DNA from: Mytilus trossulus
Lineage: Eukaryota
Direction of reading: 5' to 3'
Length of the DNA: 64,000 bases
NCBI RefSeq assembly: GCF_036588685.1
Contig: NC_086385.1
Coordinates: forward strand, 47,577,216 to 47,641,215
Below are positions 53,141 to 64,000 of the stretch, piece by piece. A program made the translations under genes and the position numbers. Within the stretch, counting starts at the first letter, position 1. The number at the start of each line of letters is the position of its first letter. The notes under the pieces were generated by a model. That model ran no database searches. It worked only from the letters and a program-made list of their open reading frames with translations, and was not told where the DNA came from.

Positions 53141-54772
53141 TCTGTACCAAGTCAGGAAAATGGCAGTTATCATCCATTAATTTGATGTGTTTGAGCTTTT
53201 GATTATGCCATTTGATTGGGAACTTTCTGTTATAAATATATCTCACTGTTCTTGATATTTTAGTTATTTTACTGTCTTTGGAAAATTAATAATTTCGGCA
53301 TTAATCAACGGATAATTTTAGAAAAAAATGTGAAAAGTTAATTCAGTGCCGACGCACTGAATACCAAGTTACCAATACCAGCAAAAATGCATTCAATATA
53401 GGAAACTGACACTAGTTCTTTAATTTTACTTTTTATTCAATGACATGTTAACGCGATATGTTTACTTAATATAACATTTCATTATGTTCAACATCCGATA
53501 TCAATCTTATTGGAAGTACTGAAAATCATGATAATTAGTGGATTATATTACCAAATCAGTTACTTTTTTGTAAATGATATGATATTAACAACCATTTTTA
53601 TGTACATAGTGTACCAATGTATTCCAATAAATAAAGTTGTAAAAAAACGTTTATCAAAATTAAGAATAAAAATGGGGATTGTGTCAAAGAGACAACAACC
53701 CGACCATGGAGCGGAAAACAGACTTTGACATCTAATAGCAAAAACGTTATGTTCATTCAGAATATCAAATGAAGAATTACAAAGGTGAAGGACTAAATCG
53801 CAATGATCTGCAGTCAAATAATGAAATGTTAATGGTATTAAGTATGTCATAGATAAAATTGCATTTAAAAACAAAGAAATCAAAACATAATAATCTTGTT
53901 TTTTTGTGGATTGCACTTATTTTCTATGAAGTGAAAAAATACAGATATCATATATTTAGTCGACTTTTGACTAATTAACTGGTGCCAAACTTTTGTTGTA
54001 TGATATGGACGTCACAATTCTAACAGACAAAAACCACTTTGTTCGGTTAATGATTTCATTTGCTACTTTTTTACATCGATGTCCAGAAAGTTTATTGAAA
54101 TAGTAGAATCATGTTATACAGTTTCAATTAATCTGAAAACTTAAACACTGAAATGACCATACTCGTAAATGAACAGAATTAGTTGTTTTCGTATGACGTC
54201 CTTGAGCTTTTTGATTTGCCATTTGATAAGGGACTTGCCTTTTTTTTTTCTTTTTTTTTTTTAATATTTTCCCTGACGTTCTGTAGATTTTAATTTATCT
54301 TACTGTGAAGGAAATTATTATAATAGGTAGCAGCTCTTGGCAACGTATCAGCTACGAGACATAAACTTAATATTCATAAAAATAAGAACAACGTGACAGG
54401 AGATACACAGCAGTTCATCTAACCTTTTGAATAAAAAAAATATATCATTATGTCAGTAAGGGAGGTAATTTAGTAATTTACCAGTTTAGATGGCTCATTC
54501 GGTTTGTACTTTATCCATCATCACGTGGACAATGCTATCGAAAAAGAGGCAAAAGCAGTTTATCGATATTAAAATATGATAAATGCAGGTAAAATACGTG
54601 TTTCTGTTAAAGCTGAACCCCCTAAAACCGGATATTTATTCTCAATGTTTAAATAAAAAACGAGTCCTTAACCAATATCTTTATACTTCAATACTATTTC
54701 TAAGACACAATTATCTTTTAACAGCATAAAGATTCTCAGTAACATCTTAGCATATATGTTTATTTGGTATAA

Positions 54773-55353
54773 AATATTGAAAACAACACGTTATTAATTT
54801 CTTGTGTCCGAAGCGCTTTTCAAGATTTACCTTCATCAGGAACGCTCAAAGCCCAACATTTGAAAACCGAAGATGTATAAGTACCGAAACCGTTGAAGAG
54901 CTGTATGTCAAAAATACCTAAAATAAATAGCCAAATTCATCTAAAGCCAACTTTGCCTGAGGGAGTTGAAACCTTAGTTTCTTAATAATTTATAAATTTA
55001 TAAACGGACAATTTTAGTAAAGTTTGTTTTATCATGTCAGTACCGAAATACTGACTACTGAGCTGATGATACCCACGGGGACTGATAGTCCACCAGCAGA
55101 GGTATCGACCCAGTGATGTAAAATATTGAAAACAACACGTTATTAATTTCTTGCGTCCGAAGCGCTTTTCTGGATTTACCTTCATCAGGAACGCTCAAAG
55201 CCAAACATTTGAAAACCGAAGATGTAGAAGTACCGAAACCGTTAAAGAGCTGTATGTCAAAAATACCTAAAATAAATAGCCAAATTCATCTAAAGCCAAC
55301 TTTGCCTGAGGGAGTTGAAACCTTAGTTTCTTAATAATTTATAAATTAATAAA
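54773..55353 (-). mobile_element. Retrozyme (349-bp unit, about 1.7 copies, two type I hammerheads) inserted upstream of B4
   Basis: Direct repeat with a 349-bp period. Minus-strand hammerheads at 54804-54845 and 55153-55194 (gcgttc-CTGATGA-agg taaat cca-GAAA-a GCGC t-TC-ggacgc). Flanked by ggtataa (54766-54772, 55354-55360). The empty site is seen upstream of B5 (about 62580). Confidence 0.8.
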
Positions 55354-55627
55354 GGTATAACATGTATAACCTTGCATCGTGATCTACCTTCAATTTTAAA
55401 CCAAGGAACTAGAACATCACGAACAGTTCTATAATTCAATAAATCTGTAAAACAACATCACGCTTTGTCTAAATGGGACCTGGAAGAACACGACATGTAT
55501 ATAATGTTACAACTACAGTAAATATAATCTAAAATTATGCTGGTCCCAAAAGAGTGTTCTTACAGAATTAGATAAATAAAAGGTACAATCAAGGACTGAT
55601 TATATACTTGATGCCTTTCTAGCGAAC

Positions 55628-55861
55628 ATGAAGATTCTTATATGCGTTCTCGTCATCGTTTTGTTATATGGACACAATGCAGGAAATGAAATAATTCCTC
55701 ATATAATGGCAAAGAGATCATGGGGATTTCGTTTATCATTCGCACGCCATTATAAAGAACGGTGGTTTAACATCCCGGTACGACTTGCTAGATTGCTTTT
55801 ACGTAAGAATGTTTTAAAGCATATTATAAACAAAGACAGAACACAAATTATTGACAGTTGA
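55628..55861 (+). CDS. Secreted cationic prepropeptide family B, copy B4 (77 aa, Cys-free mature region)
   Basis: MKILICVLVIVLLYGHNA-GNEIIPHIMAKR-SWGFRLSFARHYKERWFNIPVRLARLLLRKNVLKHIINKDRTQIIDS. Mature part about +8. Confidence 0.75.
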   Translation: MKILICVLVIVLLYGHNAGNEIIPHIMAKRSWGFRLSFARHYKERWFNIPVRLARLLLRKNVLKHIINKDRTQIIDS

Positions 55862-56684
55862 TTCGGAGGTTCCATGTCATGAAAAGATTTTTTGTGATAA
55901 TTTGCCTCGATGTGAACATTTATCAAATAAACGAAAATGGATTCTACATTAACGTGATGATAGGATATTGTTACGGATTAAACGATGACTTTGTGTTTGT
56001 TGTAATCCTAGTTGGAGCAAGCTATTTTTACAGGAATACGTTCGCCGTGATGTTCTTTTTTGACAATATGTGATTGAGGTCAATAAACAGATTTACGTTG
56101 ACACAATTCGTTGTTTTACAGTATGTGCCTACTTTACATTTTTTTATATTGTATTGTGTTTTTCCTTTTATTCTTACTATAAAATTATTTATGAATTAAA
56201 TGACAGTTACATGTGAACCTTAATATACTTTAATCTGGTTTTTTTTTAAATTAGAATATAACCATATTTTAACAGTACCAATTGTAAAAGTTCTGATTTA
56301 TAACAAAAGACATATACATTATGTTATATACAACGTTATTATTGCTCACACTCCGGTTAAATATGCAACAGTAGTATAAAACAAAATCAGGTCGTAAACT
56401 TACATCAAGGGAAACACATCCACTATAAGAGGAAAACAGAAACACTTATCTGCTGGAACAAACAATCACCTATAAACATACTAGACTATTTGATAACAAC
56501 TATCATATTCCTGACTTCTTACAGGACATTTTAAAAAAAAAATGATGAGTTGAACCTGATGTTATATCTAGTCGGACCTCCGGCTAACAAGTAAACGGCA
56601 ATCTTGTAAATACCGTCAAAATGACAACTTAACGTGACAGAAGTACCGTACCAATAAACGAAAGAACACAGAGGACAGACAAAT

Positions 56685-57062
56685 AGAATAACCATACATT
56701 GTCTCGAAATATCAATGTCATTTGTACAAGGCTTAGCAACAGGTAGAAAGCGATGCTGTGCCGAGTCGAGGACAAATAACAATGATATTTCGAGACAATG
56801 AATGGTTATTCTGTAGATACTTCAACTCTTATAACTGTTCAAAAGGAAGAATTTAGGGTAAAAAGCACCATCTCTTAAATTTGAGCGGAAGGCGTAAAAT
56901 TTCAACGAACCTGTATGTTTTATTGATATCATAAATAAAACTCTACGGAAACACATTGTCAACGTCATAAACAAGGTGATATACGGTCAGTGACTGTATA
57001 TCACATATGAATATACGGTCAATGCAATTTGACTGCTTAAATAGCACAGCTGCAGTATATAA
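56685..57062. mobile_element. Hairpin-bearing non-autonomous element
   Basis: 41-bp inverted arms at 56685-56725 and 56772-56812 (3 mismatches). Homology to the B2 downstream flank (about 46320) breaks off here. Confidence 0.6.
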
Positions 57063-58199
57063 ATAATAAATATGATAGTAAGCCCCAGACCACAATTAAT
57101 ATCAGTTCTTTATAATGTTTTGTCGCATTAAACAAAAATGCCAATTCTCTTTGTCTTATTTAGTGTGTGTGTAATAATGTACAGTACAAGTCCACAAATA
57201 TATGCCATTTTCAGAAAAAAATGCATGTTTACATCATACAAATTTGGCCAATACTCATCCATACCCCTATAGGCAAGTATAGAGATGTTCCGAAAAGTGT
57301 TAATATTACCTTTTTGCACCTGGACGAATCACTTTTTCCTTATCAAAATCAGTTAGAAAATAAAACATCCAAAAGTTCATTTCAGCTCTTTTCTTTCATT
57401 TCTACACCAGACAAACTAAGAAATTATGAAAAAGGGAAAGCAAAAAAATAAAGACAAAATACACTTTAATAAAAGGGAACTATATTCGTGAACAACGAAA
57501 AGCTGGGTCATTAATTGAGACCTTTGGTCAGTACATTACAACATGTTAACCACAGACTAGCAAAGGATACCTTCCATCAAAATACGACAGTATGTAACGG
57601 TTTATTTCCTCCTTTGTGATATATTATCCTGGGGATAATTTGTCACGGTAATTTTCACGGTCACCGACATGGTATTTCACAGGTCGATTTTTTCCAGAGG
57701 AGTGAAACTCTATCTGTCTAATGCGGATAGTATGTACCAGTATAGATTTTCCGTTCCATATTTTACAGAGCCTTGTGAAATAGAGTCCCGTTGTCTTCTA
57801 TATTACTTAGGTTATTCGCAATCAATATAAACCTACCCAAAATTATAAATGTTTCACAAAGGTAAAATAAATTTGAATAATGTATCAATCAAAGGGAGGT
57901 GATTATGAGCAAATTATATTTTCAAGATATTATTATTATATTCCTGAATCTATTTCATAGAGATTTGTTTCCGTGAATCTTATTTTTTACATTCATTTAT
58001 ATAAAAATATGACTTTAAACATGAAAATTAAGACAGAACATAGTTCACAGGTAAATACTTTCCAGGTGTTGAAATTGTTTTTGTTCCTATATATTGTTTC
58101 TTTTTTTCATTTTAAATTGTCACTTGCTTCAATGCAGTATTTTTTAGTATTTATAATAAATTCAAAAATGTAATCATACTCAGATTCTTCCATTAATGT

Positions 58200-61100
58200 T
58201 TACTGTTAACAGTAGTAACGCTAGTTATCCAGCGGGTTTTTAGAACATAAACGGGTGGAGTAAATATGTAAATAGTGATAAAAATAGTTTGCTTGCAGCA
58301 TGTATTGCGGAACGTAATTTTCATATATTAGGGCTAGATCAAACTCATCTGATTGGACAAGCCGGTATCGTCATAAATGGCTACACATGGATAGGAAAAA
58401 AACGTAAACAATTACACGTGCGTGCTAGAGCTGGCTCAGGAGGCGTTGGTTTAATGGTGCGAAATGATGTTTTATCAGATTATAATAATACTAAAAGAAA
58501 CGATTTAGTTGATGGAATTATATTGATACGCTTTTCCGAGAGAATTAACGCAGAGTCTTGCTTTTATATTTGTGTGGTTTACCTACCGACGGTCAATTCT
58601 GCACGGTAAGTAAACTTTCATGAATTTCTAGATTCGCTTACGTCGGATATGTATACAATACCAAATGGTAGTCCTTTTTACTTATGTGGGAACTGGAACA
58701 GTCGGGTTGCAGATATACCTGATTGAATTACGGGAATTGATAATTTACCTAAGCGACAGGTTGTAGATTTTACACACAACACGTATGGAGATATTTTGTG
58801 TGATTTCTTAGTAATATTAACTGTTGCATCTTAAATGGAAGGAACTCTTTACATAATGATTTTACATATGTTTCAACTAGAGGGGCATCAGTCGTTGATT
58901 ACTGCATTGTACCGTATGAGAAATAAACTTAAGTGGACAATTTTGAAGTTATTAAAGCTCAACAAGTAATTGGTAGTGTATTTAAAATAGGGGAGTATGA
59001 ACCTAAACAGATACCTGACCATTCATTATCATGCTTGACTTTTAGTACACAAATTTGTTTGAAAGAAAAAGTAGCATCAAATTATATATTATTAATTTGA
59101 CACTCGCAAAATACCAAATGAGTGGATGGCAGATGTCAAAATAGTTGGAAAATTAAATCATTTTTTACAGAACTAAGAATCATCAGGAGTTAACCAGAAA
59201 GAATTGGACAATAAATATAATGATTTGGTCACAATAATTCATGGCGAAATGAACTCTAAACTTACTAAACGAAAGGTGTTTCACTTGAATGGTCTTAATA
59301 ATAAACGTAGGAAATTAAAGAGAAAAAAACATGATGGAACGATAATCTCACTGCGCTCTGGAATGAAGTATGCGAAGCCGATTGTCAATTGAATAGAAGC
59401 CATAACCAGGATAAAAAGAACTTGCGTCATATTTTTGTAAGCAAACGTTAACGTTTTGATAAAAATTGTCAACGGACAAAAAGACAATATTGGTACCGAA
59501 GTCAAGATAAACTATTGGATATACAAACTAGGGACCCGAGAGTTTTCGAACAACATTGGCAAGATTAGTGTCGGTAGTGAAAGACAAAAGACCATACCCA
59601 TGGAAGTTGTACTAGAAGATGGTTCAATTTGCTCTGACACTTACATTATTTAAAAAAAATGAAAGACTCATGAAATCTTTTGAATTGTGATGATGTGACG
59701 AATGTAAATAATAATATATCAAATAATATTTTAGATGTTGATCTACATGTAGATTATGAAATTAGTATTTAAATTTGAAGTGTTAAAAGTATTAACACAA
59801 GCTTAAGAGGGCAAAGCGTCAGGGATCGATTTGATAACTGTAGAATTGTTTAAAAATAATTTGTTATTACATGTTTTGCATAAATTATTTAATATATGTT
59901 TTAAATTTGGTAAAATTCCATCTGTATGGTGTAAAGGGATAATTACTCCTCTCCCAATGTGTTCTACATCGGATCCAAGGAATACTTTGTCTTATCGGGA
60001 AATAACTTTGGCACCGTGTGTCTATAAATTATATTGCAGTATTTTAAACAATAGATTGGTAAATGGTTAGATTATAGGGATATTTTACATGATGAACAAA
60101 ATAGGTTTCGTAAAAATCGAAGTACTTTTGATCATTTAAGCACAATTACGTCCATTATTGAGACAAGGAAATTGAAAAAAATGTCAACTTTAGCTGTCTT
60201 TGTAGATTTTAAGAATGCGTATGATGCAGTTAACAGGAGATTATTGTTTAAAGATTAAATGATCTTTAATGATCTTGGAATCAGTTCAAATGGTTGAATA
60301 CTATTAAAACGATTTACTCTCAAGTTGAATGTGCAATTAAATTGAACGGAAACCTAACTGAGTGGTTCAGTGTTAACTCAGACTTAAAGCAAGTGTGTGT
60401 TTTATCACCTATATTATTTAACATTTTTATTAATAGTTTAGTCACAGACATAAAATGTAGTCATCGGTATTGATATCAATGGTGAGAAAATGGTATTTTA
60501 TTATATGCAGATGATATTATATTAATTGCTGAAAATGAAAATGATATACAATTAATTCCAGATGTTCTAAAAAGATGGTGTTAAGATAAATTATTGAATG
60601 TTAATTTTGAAAAGACAAAGATTGTGCATTTTAGAAATCCTTCTGTACAACCAACAAATGCAATATTTTTACTTGGTGAAAATCAATTGTGTATTGTATC
60701 AAAATATCAATATCTTGGCTTATTAATGACTGTGTTTGTTGATTATAATGATATGGCAAAATCGGTAGCCAGGTCAGCAGGGAGAGTATTAAGTTTACTG
60801 ATTGTAAAGAGTAAAGCACATGGTGGTTTCTACTTTGATACATATTCCAAACTTTTTAATAGCTTAGTCTGATCAGTCATAAGTTATGGTGCAACCATTT
60901 GGGCACCAGAGATTTTTCTTGTATTAATGCTGTCCAGCACAGAGTTATCCGGTTTTTTATTGGTCTTGGTAAATATACACCTAGTAATGCCATAAATTGG
61001 GATATGGGTTGGAAACCTCCATGTGTGAAGCAGTGGAGTTGTGGTTTTAGACATTGTACTAGAAGTAATCTTATGTCAACATATTGGGTGAATTATAAAG

Positions 61101-61969
61101 TATTTCAATGGGCATCTAGAAATGCCATTAATAAAAAGAAAAACTAGAGTTATTGAATTATGACAAAATTTAGAGAATGGAATGTAGATTTATACACTAA
61201 TTTAGATAATGTATTGCATAAAAATGATATTGCACTGTTAGAAGATTTGTTATTTGAAAATAATTAGATAAATTGGCCTGATAGAATATTGTCATAAAAT
61301 GTTGGAAAAAAATTACATTCTTATAAATTGCTTAAATATATTTTTGAAACAGAGATTTATTTTAGGAAGAACATTTCAATACGATACAGAAGTGCATTTA
61401 CTAAATTTGGGTGTGGTGTTGTCCCCTTGCGAATAGAAACAAGTCGCTGTAAATGTAAGAGTTTGCTTTGTATGCAACGATCAAATTGAAGATGAGAAAC
61501 ATGTTATTTTAGACTGTCCTCTGTATGCAGATTTACGTGAAAATTTATTTTATGAAGTTAAAAGAAGTATTGGTGATTTTAATATTTTATCTGATGATGA
61601 TTAGTTTATATATCTTTTTAGAACTACTGATTGTTTTGATATGGTTGCCAAGACCTGCTTTAAGATTTAAAGTAGAGGAAATTGTTTTTTATATGCTTGA
61701 TTGTTGGTTATGTTTTTATAAACTTGAAATATTTTATAGACATAATCACTGTTGTTGTATGGTTTTACATGACACAAATGTTTTTATAGACATGATAAGA
61801 ATATAGTTATAATTTATATTCATTTATATAGTCTCTCATAATTCTTTATAGAATGGCACTTGTATTTTAATTCATAAAATTACTGTTTTATTTAATGTAT
61901 ATATTATGATGATTGTATTATATGTATTACAATTGGTGAGACTCTAATAAAATATTGAATCTGAATCTG
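58200..61969 (+). mobile_element. Degenerate RTE-X-like LINE with near-complete ORF2 (APE endonuclease + RT)
   Basis: QTHL..GYTWIG..GSGGVG..VVYLP (APE, 58289-58609), YREITLAPCVYKLY (59831-60070), YADD at 60504-60515, KTKIVHFR..YQYLG, a C-terminal EDEKHVILDCPLY and an (aatctg)n tail. Many disablements. Confidence 0.88.
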
Positions 61970-62844
61970 CATATGACAGAATGAGTTGTTATCAATTCGT
62001 TTGACCTGTTCGAGATTTTTGATTCGCCATTTGATAAGGGTCTTGCCGTTTTGATTTTTCTAAGATTTCAGGTTTTTTTTTATGAAGTTCTGCAGATTTT
62101 AATTTATTTTACTGTGAAGGAAATTATTATAAAAGGTATCAACTCTGGGGTATCGTATCAGCTTCGAGATATAAACCCCATATTCATAAAATAAGAACGA
62201 TGTAAGAGGAGATACACAGGAGTGTATCCAACATATTGAGTAAAAACCGTCATAACCATAAAGAAAAAGGCATGAGGTTTACTTATTAAGGTTGATAATT
62301 GGGTTTCTACTTCCATGAACAATTTGCGATCTATGCTATCAAAAAAGAGGCAATAGCAGTATATCGATATTCAAATATATTAAATTCACTCACTAAATAC
62401 AAACTAAGGTTAAAAAAAACCAAGGGAAATCTCATGAACTGATTGTCAACTCTTAGCGTTATCGACCTACTGGGGGTGTAAAAATCATGATTTATTCAGG
62501 CAAAATACGTGTTTAGTTATGGCTCAACCCACTTAAACCGGACATTGATTCTCAATAACATCTTACCATATATGTTTATTTGGTATAACCTTGCATCGTG
62601 ATCTACCTTCAATTTTAAACCAAGGAATTAGAACATCACGAACAGTCCTATAATCCAATAAATCTGAAAACAACAACACGCTTTGTCTAAATGGGAACTA
62701 GAAGAACACGATATGTATATAATGTTACAGCTACAATAAATATACTCTAAAAGAGTGTTAGTTCCTAAAGAGTTGGATTTAAGAAATAGATAAAAGGAAA
62801 TTTTAATGAATGGCCGATCATTTACTTGTTTACTTTCATGCAAC

Positions 62845-63078
62845 ATGAAGATTCTTTTTGTTGTTATCTTCATTGTTTTGTTACATGGACTCAGTGCAGA
62901 AAATGAAACAATTTCTCATAAAATGGCAAAGAAAACATGGGGATTTAGAATATCATTCGCATGCCATTATAATGGACGGTGGTTCTTCATTCCTGTACGA
63001 CTTGCAAGATTGCTATTATGTAAGAATTTTGTGAAGCATATTATAAACAAAGGCAGGACACACATTATTGACATTTGA
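62845..63078 (+). CDS. Secreted cationic prepropeptide family B, copy B5 (77 aa)
   Basis: The start ATG in caacATG at 62845 is homologous to the other copies. MKILFVVIFIVLLHGLSA-ENETISHKMAKK-TWGFRISFACHYNGRWFFIPVRLARLLLCKNFVKHIINKGRTHIIDI. Confidence 0.78.
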   Translation: MKILFVVIFIVLLHGLSAENETISHKMAKKTWGFRISFACHYNGRWFFIPVRLARLLLCKNFVKHIINKGRTHIIDI

Positions 63079-64000
63079 TTCGGAGGATCCATGTTATGAA
63101 AAAAATCTTTGGGAAAATGTGTCTCTATGTGAACATTTATCAATTAAACACAAATGGATTCTACATTAACGTGAAGACAGGATATTTTTTAGAATGAAAC
63201 GAGGACTTTGAGTTTGTTGTTATACTAGTTGGAGCAAGCTATTCCAACGGGAATTAGTTTTCTGCTATTGTTTTTTGTTCACAGAATATGATTGAAGTCA
63301 ATTTACAGATTTACGTTGACACAATTCCCTATGCTACAGTATGTGTCCACTTTACATTTGTTTTCCATATATCATTGTGTTTTTCCTTTTATTTTTAAAA
63401 TAAATATATAGATGCATTAAACGTCAGTTACATTTCAACCATTCTTTACATTCATCTATCAATATTGTTCACGCTGCGGAAAGTAATGGGCACTTCGGTG
63501 TTGACATGAATATCAATTATATGGTCATTTTTTATGAATTTCCTATTACAAAACAATGCATTTTTCGAAAAAATAAGGATGTTCTTATCGCCGGAATAGA
63601 TTACCTTAGCTTTATCATGTTTATTTCGTGTCCTGAATGCCTTTAAATTTGTACTTGTTTGGCTTTAACGGTCGCATTAAAGACAAATCCTTCCATTGTT
63701 CTTTCGGAAATATAATCGCAACAGTACTATGTCATCAGTGGTTTATGACGTCGAGGTTTTCGCAAACTGAAACGTGTTCCGGAGTTAATCGTCTTTGAGC
63801 CGATTGAGAAAGTGAAAAAATAATGAACTTGATATAAGGCAAGACTAGGGAGATGTGCTATAAACTTTATATTAAGCGCGTAAAGTTGCTTGAGGCAATG
63901 GATGGTTGACGGTCTGAAACGAACATTCTTTATTCCGCATAAGTTGTGTTTTAATGTTTATAAATGACACTCGGATTTTATGTGTAAATAGAAAAGTGTT

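Noticed and set aside
55858-56073. ORF immediately downstream of B4
   Set aside because: Non-ATG start, and the homologous regions after B2 and B5 contain stops. It is 3'UTR or flank.
62424-62433. NF-kB-like site gggaaatctc upstream of B5
   Set aside because: Imperfect match and not conserved upstream of the other B copies.
62806-62844. N-terminal extension of the 90-aa ORF
   Set aside because: The paralogues start at the ATG equivalent to 62845, which gives a normal signal peptide.

Overview
AT-rich, repeat-dense eukaryotic genomic DNA. The repeat families and hammerhead-bearing repeats suggest a bivalve, probably the mussel Mytilus (inference). Most listed ORFs are spurious or are pieces of decayed transposons: RTE-X-, CR1- and L1/Tx1-type LINEs, a Penelope-like RT, an Academ-like DNA transposon, Kolobok-like and hairpin-bearing MITEs, a tRNA-SINE and hammerhead-ribozyme retrozymes. 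The genic content I can support is a + strand cluster of small secreted prepropeptide genes that I cannot assign to a known family. Family A has two 2-exon genes (17483-19808, 35671-36917): signal peptide + acidic propeptide + KR + a highly conserved 30-aa one-disulfide peptide, NxGFRCPxGLSPRECYNQLMTVWIRRLIKT. Family B has five copies with a single coding exon (40401, 45273, 50687, 55628, 62845): signal peptide + short propeptide + KR/KK + a cationic peptide starting xWGF(R/Q). Two B copies keep a 4-Cys C-terminus but are disrupted. The three intact copies lack a 57-nt block carrying three of those Cys and the stop codon, and read into what is 3'UTR in B1. Both families begin their predicted mature peptide with dibasic-x-x-G-F-R.
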